Below the pieces are notes generated by a model. The model had not been told where the DNA came from, searched no databases, and worked only from the letters and a program-made list of their open reading frames with translations. A stretch of DNA of 56,045 bases from Ginglymostoma cirratum. Its lineage: Eukaryota. The stretch covers positions 1,287,872-1,343,916 of the forward strand of contig JAHRHZ010000166.1 of NCBI GenBank assembly GCA_024137785.1, in the 5' to 3' direction. The position numbers were made by a program, and so were the translations under genes. Each line of letters starts with the position of its first letter. Within the stretch, counting starts at the first letter, position 1. Shown piece after piece: positions 11,610 through 23,170 of the stretch.

Positions 11610-13960
11610 TCAAAATCAAGGGAGATCGCAGAAGAACATGGCAGGAGCAGCCCTGGTCATCTATAAAATTGGCATCTCACCTGGTGAAGCAAGCAATCGT
11701 AACTACTTGCATGCCAAACAACATTAGCAGCAAGCAATATGGTTGAGCTACACGATTCCACAAGCAACAGATCAGATCCAAGTTCTGCAGCCATGTCACA
11801 TCAAGTTGTGAAAGATGTTCGGTAATTAAACAAATATCCCCATCCCAAATGACAGGGAGCTCAGTGCATCAGTGTAAAGTAAAAGCATGAAGGATTTGCA
11901 ACAATATTCAGTTGAACGTGCTGAGTGGATAATCCATCTCTGCCTCCTCCAGAAGTTGACAGCATTACAGATTCTAGTCTTCACCCAATTCAATTCACTT
12001 CATATGATATCAGAAATGGTTGGAAGAACTGGATACTGAAAAAGACTAGGGACCCCTCATAAAATTCCAGTGCCAGTACAGAAGGTTTGTTGTCCAGGTA
12101 TTGCTGCATACCTGGCCAAGCTGTTCCAGTACAGATATAACACTGAAATCGACCTGACAATGTAGAACTTTTGCCTGATTTGTTCCATTCTCAAAAAGCA
12201 GACCAAATCCAACATGGTCATTTATTGCCTAACAATCTATTCCCAATCATATGTTAAGAGATAGAGGGTGTTTTAACACTGCAGGAAAACAGAAACCCTT
12301 CAGTACTAATATGCTCATTGACTATCATTTTATATTCCACTAGGTGCTGAATGGCACTGCACTTGATCTTTTATCAGGCTTCATTGAAGCTTAGCTTTAA
12401 AAAAAAAGTCAGGAAGGGAGGCAAGACTGACTGTTGTTGACATAGAGGTCACATTTGACTAAGAACAAACAACAAAGAACAATACAGCACAGGAACAGGC
12501 CATTTGGCCCTTCAAGCCTGCGGCAATGCATTTTGCCCGTCCATACTAAAACTGTCTTCACTTACAGGATCTGTTTACTTCCTATTCATATATTCGCCCA
12601 GGTTCTTCTTGAATGCTGCTGTCGTGTCTGCTTCCCCCACCTCCTCTGGCAGTGCATTCTAGGCACTCACCAACCTTAATGTAAAAACTTGCCTCGCATA
12701 TCTCTTTTCAACTCCTACCCCACCCCCCCACACCTTGAACCTGTGTCCCCTAGTAATTGACCACTACACATTGGGAAAAATGTCTCTTACTTTCACTCTG
12801 TCCATGCTATTCACAATCTCATAAACTCCTATCAGATCACCTTTCAACCTCCTGTATTCCAGTGAAAATAAACCCAGTCTATCCAACCATTTTTCATAGC
12901 TAAAATCCCTGATATCAGGCAACATCCTGGGTAAACCTCTTCCATACCCTCTCCGAAGCATCCATATCTGTCCGGTAGAGTAGTGGCCAGAACTGTATTC
13001 AATATTCCACGTGTGGCCTAACTAAAGTTCTATAAAGCTGCAGCATAACTTGTCTAGCCTTATACTCAATGCCCCTGCCAATGAAAGCAAGTATATCCTG
13101 GGCATTCTTTTTTAATACCTCACCTACCTGTGATGCCACTCTCAGAGATCTGTGGACTTGCACAGCCAGATCCCTCTGCATAGCAATACTCCTTAGGGTT
13201 TTGCTATTCAGTGTATGATTGCCACCTATACCTGACCTTCCAAATGTATCATTTCACATTTGTCGGGGTTAAACTCAATCTATCATTTTTTTTTTCCTGC
13301 CTATGCCTTCATCCGATCTATATCCAGCTGTAACCTCTGACAATCCTCCTCACTATCTGCAAATCCACCAATCTTTGCATTATCTATAAACTTACTAATT
13401 AACCCAATTTCCTCCAAATCAATTATGTAGGCCACGGACAGCAGAGGTCTAAGTGGGGAATCAATGAGTCGTTGCAATACTAGAGTAACGTGCATTCAAG
13501 GGAGAATCTAGGAATACTACAACGAGTCCACATACACCAAAGCATCCACACATTTGAGCACCAACGCTCAGTAGCAGCGGTGTACTACATCTTACATGCA
13601 ATGCAGGAATCACTATGATTCCTTAAACAGCACTTTTCAAAACAATAAGCACTTCCACCTAGGAGGAGGCCACAACCAGCAAGAACCACCACCACCCCCT
13701 CTCCTATCCACACACCCACCAAGAAATAAACTACTGTGACTTGGAAATACACAGTTTTTCTTTCAGTGTCACTGAGTCAAAATCCTGGCATTCTCTCCCT
13801 AACAGTGTTTGGGTATACCTATGGCACATGGAATGCAGCAAGTGGAAAAGACGGCTCACCACCACATACTCAAAGGCAAAAAGGGGTAAATGTATAATAA
13901 AAGCTGACCCATACAAAAATGCCCACGCCCAACGAGTGAATTGCAAAAAACTGTTATCTG
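11610..13960 (+). mobile_element. Old LINE of another family (11610-12440 and 13500-13960) interrupted by a CR1 copy
   Basis: Degenerate RT-upstream motifs (..LAKLFQY.., KKQTKSN..) and a LINE-type 3' end. Confidence 0.55.
12460..13430 (-). mobile_element. CR1 LINE 3' fragment
   Basis: ORFs RLGLFSLEYRRLKGDLI, LYRTLVRPHVEY and ISKFIDNAKIGG. Confidence 0.85.
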
Positions 13961-14399
13961 TCCTGGAAGCTGTCTGTTAATCACTCGCACACATACACAC
14001 ACAGAGATGCATAAGTTTATCCAGTTGTTATCTGTGGAAGAGAGTCCAATTACTATCGAGAATGAGGAAAATATACTTTCACTCAACCCTGAGGTAATAT
14101 GGAAACATTTGGAATGAGATAAACACACAACAAAGAACAATATGAGGGAAGTCTGAAAGATTACCTCTCCCCGTTTTCTGACACTGTCTCCAGGTGTAAA
14201 AATCAATGCACAAATCGGAATTAATTTTCCTTTTTGTTTATCGGTAGGGTGTTGTGATTTAAAATGTGATGACTGAAAACATGGTAAACTTACAATTAAT
14301 ATTTACCGGACGATACGATGGGATACATACCTTAGAAACAAATCAAAGCAATAATTTGAATTTCATCTGAAGGGTGTTGGAGTGACAATAATTGGATTT

Positions 14400-14522
14400 T
14401 TATATATTTACATATATAATATATAGTGTGGGTGTATATGTATATATATATATTTATATAATGTATATATAAATCCAATGAATATACATATATGTGTGTG
14501 TGTGTGAGTATGTGTGTGTATG
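14400..14522. repeat. Compound (AT)n/(GT)n microsatellite
   Basis: Read directly. Confidence 0.85.
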
Positions 14523-14709
14523 TAGAGCAACCAAAGCACGCATCATTGTTCCACAGACCACATTCTGCTCTCTGTTTCTGAAGTTTAGTTACCTTTTCCC
14601 CACTAGGGTTTAGATGGGTTGGCAGATAAAGGAAAGGCGGCTGAAGTGGAATCCAATACATGTTCCTGCTGATTATTATTTTCTCTTCAGTTCTCAGTCA
14701 GCACGTAAC

Positions 14710-16880
14710 CAAAGTCAGAAATCCCATAACACCTGGTTATCATTCAACAGGTATGTTTGAAATCACAAGGGTTAGGACTGCAGCCCCTTCATCAGGTGAA
14801 GTGAGAGAGAAGAGCACACAGACACAGAATTTATAGGCAGAGAGATCAAGGGCAGAGAGATCAAAAGATCGTACAATTAAATTTCAGAATATCTTGTGAA
14901 ATTAATTATGATGTATAAATGCTTCTGCACATCAAAACTGCTAGTGCACAAAATGTCAAGGATGACAACTTGAAAAATGTAACATTTTGTTCATATGGTG
15001 GAAGCAAGGAAGCTCAACGGGCAGATGAGCTTTGGTGTTGAGAATTCTGTCTTAGCACTTAAGAGTGCAGATAAATCCTAAAAAGGTGATGCAGGATAAA
15101 TCTAATGGTTTTACGTACAATTAGTGTGAATGGAGTGTCAAATAATTAGTCTCTGCCGGAGACCAAGCGTGCTACATGCTGTGAGTAAAGTGCCAACAGT
15201 TGAATAGCAAGTGAAGGGGTGACCTATAATCCTATTAAATGAGGCAGAGAGATAACTACAAAATATAAAAATAAGATAGTGCTGGAGACAAACTAAATTG
15301 CTGAAATAATATGATAGATGTAGGAGTCGCATGTTGCGGATCGAACCAAAATAATGTGATCCAAAACTGTACAAACTAATTAAGGCAGATAGATAATAAT
15401 TTAGCAAGGTGATTGTGTCAAAACAGGACAGTAAGGAAGTTTTTACAGATACAGAACAGTATAGTGGGGTCGCATGTAGTGCAACATGCGCCCAAGATCA
15501 CAGTTGATGTCTACGTCATGACTATGGAACTTAGCTATCAATCTATGGTCAGCAATTCTGCATTGTTGTGCATCTCAAATTCCACCTTTGAGAATGCTTA
15601 TCCGAAAATCGGAGGCTGAACGTTCTTGACTGCTGAAGTGTTCCCACCCTGAAAGGAAACATTCCTCTTTGGTAATTGTTTCATGTTGTCCATTCATCCA
15701 TTGTTGTAGCATCTGTGTAGTCTCGCCAATATACCATGCCTCGGGGTATCCAAGCCTGCAGCTTATTAGACAGACAACATTGGCCAAGTCACATGCGTAT
15801 CTGCTGTGTATGTGGTGGCTGGAGTTCCAACATGTGATGGTAGAATCCATATCGATTCCCTGACAGATCTTGCAGCGGTTGCCATGGCAGGATTGTGTGG
15901 TGTTGTAGCCAATTTGTCCTGAAAGCTGGGTAGCTGGTTGCAAACAATTGTCTGTTTAAGGTTTGGTGGTTGCCTGATGGCGAGAAGTGGAAGCGTAGGG
16001 ATGATATTGGTGAGATTCTCATCGTCATTGATGACATGTTGAAGGCGTCAAAGAACATGGCATGGTTTCTCCACTCTGGAGAAGTACCGGACGATGAAGG
16101 GTATTCTATCAGTCGTATCCTAAGTCTGTCAACTGAGGAGGATGTAACGGTTTTTCACTGTGGCAATGAGTTGAGCATCATACCCTGTTCTTTGCGTCCT
16201 TCAAAACCTTTAGGTGTCCGTTGCATGCTTCCTCATCTGAGTAGATCCTGTGTATGGGCTGTATTTGTTCACAGAGGATGGCTTCTTCAATATGTTTTGG
16301 GTGGAAGCTAGTGAAGTGCAACATCGTGAGCTTATCCATGGGCCTGCAGTAGACTGGGGCACTAAGGTGTCCGTGACTGATGGAGATGCGTTTGTCAAAG
16401 AATGGGACAAACTCTGAAGAGTAGCCCATGGTAAGTCCAATGGCAGGATGAAACTTGATGATATCACTATGTAGTCATTTAAGAGATAGATTTCCATGAG
16501 TCCATATGAAGAAATTGTCAATGTGCCTGCAATATACTGTTGGTTGGAGGTCTTGCCTAACCAATAAGTCTTACTTGAACTTGTGCATGAAAATGTTGGT
16601 ATATCTACGTGCAAATTTGGCCTGCATGGCTGTTGGTTGTAGAAGAATTGGTTGTCAAAGGTGAAGACATTGTGGTCGAGGATGAAGTGAATGAGTTGAA
16701 GGATGGTGTCTGGAAATTGGCAGTTGTTGGTATTGAGTACTGACGCTGTTGCAGCTATGTCGTTTTCGTGGGGGGTGTTACTGTAGAGTGCAGAAACGCC
16801 CATTGTGATGAAGAAGGCTCTTGGTTCAACTGGTTCGTAGATGCTGAATTTCTGTAAGAAATCTGTAGTGTCGTTACATG
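14710..16880 (-). mobile_element. Penelope-like element (second family), RT and GIY-YIG remnant with 3' terminus
   Basis: ORFs MGVSALYSNTPH..ILDHNVFTFDNQFF, LHFTSFHPKHI..IHRIYSDEE and ANVVCLISC..WYIGETTQML. Confidence 0.85.
14875..15114 (+). repeat. 240-bp direct duplicate of 17123-17362, inserted in the Penelope-like element
   Basis: Near-identical to 17123-17362; flanked by CGTACAATTA at 14870-14879 and 15114-15123. Confidence 0.9.
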
Positions 16881-17122
16881 TCTTTTGGTGTTATGCTTAG
16901 TTTTTGTATATAATGTTAAGCCAATTCTGGATTTGCGAGTTTAAGTGCACATAATAAATTTAAAGTTGTTATAGAAAGTCATAGTCCTGTATTGACTAAA
17001 TGTTGCGCTTACTTGCCTCTTACAGACATTGCTCAAACGTCCGCAAATGTTGAAATCACTAGTTGATGCTGTCTTCCTTATTTCTAACTTTTAAGTTGGA
17101 TTGGTTCCTTTTGAGTCTCTAA

Positions 17123-17362
17123 AATTAAATTTCAGAATATCTTGTGAAATTAATTATGATGTATGAATGCTTCTGCACATCAAAACTGCTAGTGCACAAA
17201 ATGTCAAGGATGACAACCTGAAAAATGTAACATTTTGTTCATATGGTGGAAGCAAGGAAGCTCAGTGGGCAGATGAGCTTTGGTGTTGGGAATTCTGTCT
17301 TAGCACTTAAGAGTGCAGATAAATCCTAAGCAGGGGACACAGGATAAATCTAATGGTTTTAC
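17123..17362 (+). repeat. Presumed source copy of the 240-bp duplication
   Basis: AATTAAATTTCAGAATATC...TCTAATGGTTTTAC within non-repetitive flanks. Confidence 0.85.
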
Positions 17363-19777
17363 TTGACTGTAGTATATTACAGCTCCCTAGCTTTTTTTTT
17401 GTTTCATCCAGTCACGGTATATTGACATTCCTGGTTTGCTAGTATTTATTACCCATTCTTAATTGCCGCTGAAAATGTAGACCTGAGATGCGTTCTGGAA
17501 ATAATGCCATACATTTTGCTCTTGAATTTTCAATATTTACACAATCTCTTCATGTACCGTTTTTCTATGTCTGCTTCATTTCCTCACAATCTATTCTATT
17601 CTTCAGTGTGGACACAAACTCCAGATTATGATAATGCTTTGTGGAAAGACTCCAATCATTCTGCAAGCATGACGCAGAGATTCAGGTCACTTGACATTTT
17701 ATTTCCTATTCCTACACATATTTAACATCATCCTGCTGAAGTATTCCTTAGAAGCTCAAATGCAAGCTCGAGAAACACCCGTCAAACTTCAAAATAGATA
17801 GCTTAATGGTTTGTGGATTCAACACTAAGTTCAAAGAAGAAACAAGATTACACAATCTGCCCTTCATTCAGGCGTTTCTTTTTTTAACTATTTTTGTTTC
17901 TAAAATTTTGGACAGGGCTATTTATTATGGTGGTATTTAAATTCACATTGGAATAATGCATTCTCTTTCACTACAACCATACAATCCTGTTGTCTATTTG
18001 TCCATGTCATATTTATAATGTCACGTACACTCTACCCAACATCAAAAACTAGATTTTGTTATTTCTCCAGCCAAGTAGCAAATTATCTGTAATTCATGAC
18101 ATTTCTACCCTGCATAAGTACTTATGAACAATCAAGTTAGATTTTAAACATTAACTTTGCACTTTCCACAATTTTTATGGACAAACCAAGTATTTCTTGC
18201 ACTTTCTGAAATCCTGAGTGATGTTGCACATCACATCACCTCTACATTATCTAGAGTGTAGCAGAAGCACAACTGTCCCCTCTTCTCTCACTTTTTACTT
18301 CATTGCGTCTTGTCTGTTAGTTTTGACATTACCAATTTAGTTCGTGGCAATGAAAGCCAATAATATTATAGAACAGTAGCCAGTCTGGGTAAGCTAATTT
18401 TGGGGCCCAATGCATGATGGTGTCTTGGATCACAGCATGTATCCAAGCAGTTCTTTTCAGATTTGGTTAAATATAATTAAGAGAAGGCTTGACAACAGCA
18501 ATTTTCTTAAATATGAATGTTTATTAAGTAATAATAATGATTATAATGGCAATAATAAATTATTGTAGTGGTAACAGTAAATAGAAAAGAAAAGAGAAAA
18601 GAAAAGCAATTAGTCTCATGCCATTCTATAAAAAGCAATAAGTCTCATGCTCTCCTGCCTGTTCTTCTGTTGCCTCAGTCAATGGCTGGTCTGGAGGTTT
18701 AGGTTCGTTTCTGGCACTGTTCATGATTCTGAGCTGAAGTGAAGTCTTGCAACTTGGAATGAGACTTTCTCTCTCTCTCTCTCTTAAGTATGACTAACAG
18801 TCAGCACAAAGAAAGCAGATACAGAAGACAAAACACAACGACAGGAAAACAAGCTGCAGGTGCTGCCTTTGGCCATCTCACAAACTTTTTTTATGGTGTT
18901 GTGAGGTTCCCGCTCTACTACTCTCTCAGACAGTACATTTCAGATTCCCACTATCTTCTGGTGAAAGAAAATCCTGAAACCTCACCAAGACTTAAACACT
19001 TCAGCTTAAAATTATGCTCCCAACCACTCGTTATGGGCAATTCAACTAAGGGGAAAAGGTGCTTCTTTTCCATTCTGTCCTTGGTCATTGTAATCTTATA
19101 CACGTTGACCTGCTCCTCTCTCATCCTTCTCTGCTTCACAGAAATCAGCGCAGACTATCCATTCTTTCTTCATAGCTAAATTGCAGGCAACATTGTGAAT
19201 GGAAAAGATCAGCACAGGAAAAGGCCCTTTTGCCCCCAGTGTCAGTGTTGACCATGATGCCATTAGGTACTAAGTCTAACTGCCTGTGCATGGCTCGTGT
19301 CTCTGACTGTTCAGGTGTCTGTGTAAATGCCTTGTGCCTAGATCTATCACCATTCTGGCAGTGCTTCCAGGCACTGAGCACCCTGTGTGTCTCGCTCATT
19401 TATTTAAACACTCCCAATTCTCAAGTTAACCTACAGCCTCTAATATTTGTCATTTTGACACTGATAAAAAGAATCTGAATATCCATAGAAGTTACATCAG
19501 CAACTTTAGCACTGATGTGAATAGTGAATTGGATAAAATACAACATTCTCTAAGTCATATATATTATTTTTAGCTGTTTAAGTCTCAGGGATGAAATGAC
19601 AACACAACACAATAGTAATCTAATAAAAATGATCTGGTTCAGTTGCAATTCATGTTAATTGACATTTAGTAATCTCTTTGTTGCTCTTTCTTTAGTAAGT
19701 GGCTCTACTTTGGCTGTGAATATTCAAACTATAGATAGAACAAGATGCATTTCACTTGCCCAGATAAAACATGAAGC

Positions 19778-20888
19778 AGAGAAAACAAGGTGTGGGGCTG
19801 GATGAACTCAGCAGGCCAAGCAGCATCATAGGAGCAGGAAAGATTGATGTTTCGGGCCTAGACCCTTCATCAGAAATAGGGGAGGGGAAGAGGGTTCTGA
19901 AATAAATAGGGAGAGAGGGGGAGGCGGATAGAGGATGGATAGAGGAGAGGATAGGTGGAGAGGAGGCAGACAACTCGAAGAGGCGGGGATGGAGCCAGTA
20001 AAGGTGAGTGTAGGTGGGGAGGTAGGGAGGAGATAGGTCAGTCCAGGGAGGACGGACAGGTCAAGGGGGCGGGATGATGTTAGTAGATAGGAGATGGGGG
20101 CGGGGCTTGAGGTGGGAGGAGGGGATAGGTGAGAGGAAGGACAAGTTAGGGAGGCGGAGATGAGCTGGGCTGGTTCTGGGATGCGGTTGGGGGAGGGGAG
20201 ATTTTGAAGCTTGTGAAATCCACATTGATGCCATTGGGCTGCAGGGTTCCCAGGCTGAATATGATTTGCTGTTCCTGCAGCCTTCGGGTGGCATCACTGT
20301 GGCATTGCAGGAGGCCCAGGATGGACATGTAGCTGGGGGAGTCTTGATTGTAGTGCCTGGAGATGCCTGCGCATTGCTGCAAGTGTGTGTTTCAGGAGTC
20401 GCAGGGAGAAGCGCTTCTGGAGGGTCTCAATGTTCTGAATGTAGATATTGTCACGGTTGGGGCCAAATTGGGAAGGCTTGAATGTGGATTGTAGTCCATT
20501 GGGGATGATCTGGTTCCGTAGGCAGGTACTAAGAAAGGTGATGTGGCTGTAGTACCTGGTTTGCTTCAGGATGTGGTCGAGCAGTTTCAAGCCGAAGAGA
20601 TTATGAGAGAGTTGCAGTGGGAGAGAGATTCCCTGAGGTTTGTCCAGAGGGAGGAGGGTAACTGCTTCAGGGTAGGCATCCTTATAAGAGGCTTCGCAGT
20701 GGGGTTAAAATTGTATCAGAGGTAAAAGGTACTGCAGATGCTGGAGAATCCGAGATAACAAGGTGTGGGGCTGGATGAACTCAGCAGGCCAAGCAGCATC
20801 ATAGGAGCAGGAAAGCTTGATGTTTCGGGCCTAGACCCTTCATCAGAAATAGGGGAGGGGAAGAGGGTTCTGAAATAAATAGGGAGAG
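19778..20888 (-). mobile_element. Internally deleted Penelope-like element with two direct terminal repeats
   Basis: Terminal repeat at ~19778-19920 and ~20750-20888; ORF 20294-20590 (KLLDHILKQTRYYSHITFLSTCL) joins directly to the post-GIY-YIG tail (MSILGLLQCHSDATRRLQEQQIIFSLGTLQPNG). Confidence 0.8.
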
Positions 20889-20895
20889 CTGAATA

Positions 20896-21170
20896 GGCCA
20901 GCATTAATCACCCATCCCTAATTACCCACAGCGCAGTTGAGAGTCAAACAAATTTCTGTGGATCTGTCGATACATGTAGACCAGTTTCCTTCCCCGGAGG
21001 GCATTAGTAAACCAGACCAGTTTTTTCCTGATAATCGACATGGTTGTCATAATTCCACATTTTTATTGAATTCTAATTCCATTATTTGCTATGGGAGGAT
21101 CTGAACCTGGTTCCTCAGGACGTTATTTGGATCCCTGGATTAACAATCCAGTGATAACACCACTAGACCA
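20896..21170 (-). mobile_element. tRNA-derived SINE, second family
   Basis: Reverse complement resembles 49085-49420; tail GGATGGGTGATTAATGCTGGCC. Confidence 0.65.
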
Positions 21171-22270
21171 TGTAACTTATATTTTAGGCAAACACTGAGC
21201 ATTGTCCTACTACATATCCTTGTGTATTGTATCACTTTTAACTTCATTTTTGTGGAATGTGGGCGTCACTCTATTGGCCATCCCTAGTTGCACAAGAAGG
21301 TGGTAGTTAGCTGCCTTCTTGAACTGTTACAGTTCACTAACGAAGCTTAGTAGCTGTTTTAATACCCTGAAGGACTCTGTTGAAATAAAATCCTCCAGAG
21401 GCATAATCGACACCTGAGTGATGATATAACCTATCCACATCCAACTACGACAAAGTCCCCTTTTCTACATCAACTTATATGCACTGATATTTCCTCCAAA
21501 TCCCATCCCAGCTCCTGCTATTCCAACATATTGCAGACACAGCATGCGCATTCATTAAATATACAATTGTCATCTTCTGGATAAATCTTGCCCTTCCCTC
21601 ACTGTATTCCATTTTCATACGCTCAAATCCTCCGGGAAATCGGACTAGGACAACAAGAATTTTCTGCATTGGCACTTTTAAATTTCTGAGATACCCTTCT
21701 CCTTTCTCCAGACTTATTTCTACTTTGGTAACCATGGCACCTGCATCCCTTTTCCACAGCACCGCCATTTCTTCTGCCCTCTCTGAGCATATAATTTTTC
21801 GGTCTTGTGGTCAGCTTCTGCCATTTTACACTTTCAGGTCATGCCATCCAGCATCAATTTGTTGATGTCCCTCCCATACGTCTAGGTCCTCATTTTGCAG
21901 TGATCTTTTTTGAATAATGTGAAATTTGCTCCAATCGAAAACAGTAAACTATGAGTCTCTAAAATCCAACATCATAAGAAACTGCAAATCATTTCCACCA
22001 TTCCAACCCCCTCGCTGCTATCTCAGGCCAAAAATATGTGCAAATTTGGAAATCTACTTCTGCCTGTTCTCTGCACAAATTGAATCTTAAATCTCAGTAG
22101 ATCATGAAAAGGGAATTTTACTAATGCATTGTGGGAGAGTTCTTGGAGTTAAGCACCAAGACACTCTGCTGGTTACAGTTCAAAATATTTCTACATTTTT
22201 ATGTCACAACGGTTACATACGAACATTGGTATAAAACAATCCTTTACTGCAAAAGCAGGATGCACCTTTT

Positions 22271-23170
22271 TGTGACGATGTTAGTTTTATTCTGAAGAGA
22301 CATAGTAAAGGTAGAGGTGGAGAACCAGCTACTGGAGACGACTTAAGTAAAGAACTTTAAGACCTCTCTTTTTTTTAAATTTGGAATAATAGAAGCAGCT
22401 GGAATCGAATAGCCAGCTCTCAAAGACCAGGCCATCTCTCAGAAGAGTTGGAGTGATTCAGTGAATGATTCCCGGCTGCTACTTTCTCTAGAATTTCTCT
22501 TGATCTTTTCTTTCTCTCTTCTGGATCAGAAAACTGCATGTAAGGATCTGAATTTGCCTTTTTGACAAAGGGGTGTTTTGGGGGCATTGCTAAACTGGAA
22601 CAGTTAATTAGTAATAGGTACTGTATCTATTATTCAGTTAAGTCTATAATATTTAAATATTATAGTCAAAATTTAAATAAATTGTGTTGTGCTTAAGTTA
22701 GGGTCTGGGCTACCTGCTTAAAATATCTGGAGAGGGTCTGATCTGGTCCATAACAAATTGTGTGCTCTTGTCTGGCTTAAAAGTCTACACTTCCAATTTG
22801 ATTGTTAGACTCAAAGGTAACAAATGGTAGGTGTTATTGTCTTGTCTCGCATGTTGAGTTTGGTATGGACAGGGTGTGCCTTTTGTAGTAACTGTTCTTT
22901 CAGGGACCAACAGTTTTCTGAGGGTGGAAGAAGTTACAAAAAGTGAGCAAGACAAAGATGTTGGAAAGTCTACAAGCTGGAGTTGTTGGTGTCTGGGTCT
23001 GAGGGAAAAGGGGAGATAATTGCAGCAATAGCTCAACACTTGAAATTGCTGGCAATGCTATCAGAAGCTTTGGAAATGAGTGGAATTCAATTGCAGGTGG
23101 AGCTGCTGAAACATGAAAAGGAAATGAATGAAAAGGAAGTGGATGTTTGAGGCCAATCTTCTAGGTTGTG
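22271..23170 (+). mobile_element. Gypsy 5' LTR (22271-22755) with decayed PBS and start of gag
   Basis: TG...GGTCCATAACA, same family as 1825-2454, followed by AATTGTGTGCTC. Confidence 0.65.

Noticed and set aside
21475-21768. 97-aa ORF as a host exon
   Set aside because: No recognisable domain or convincing splice context; probably a decayed retroelement fragment.
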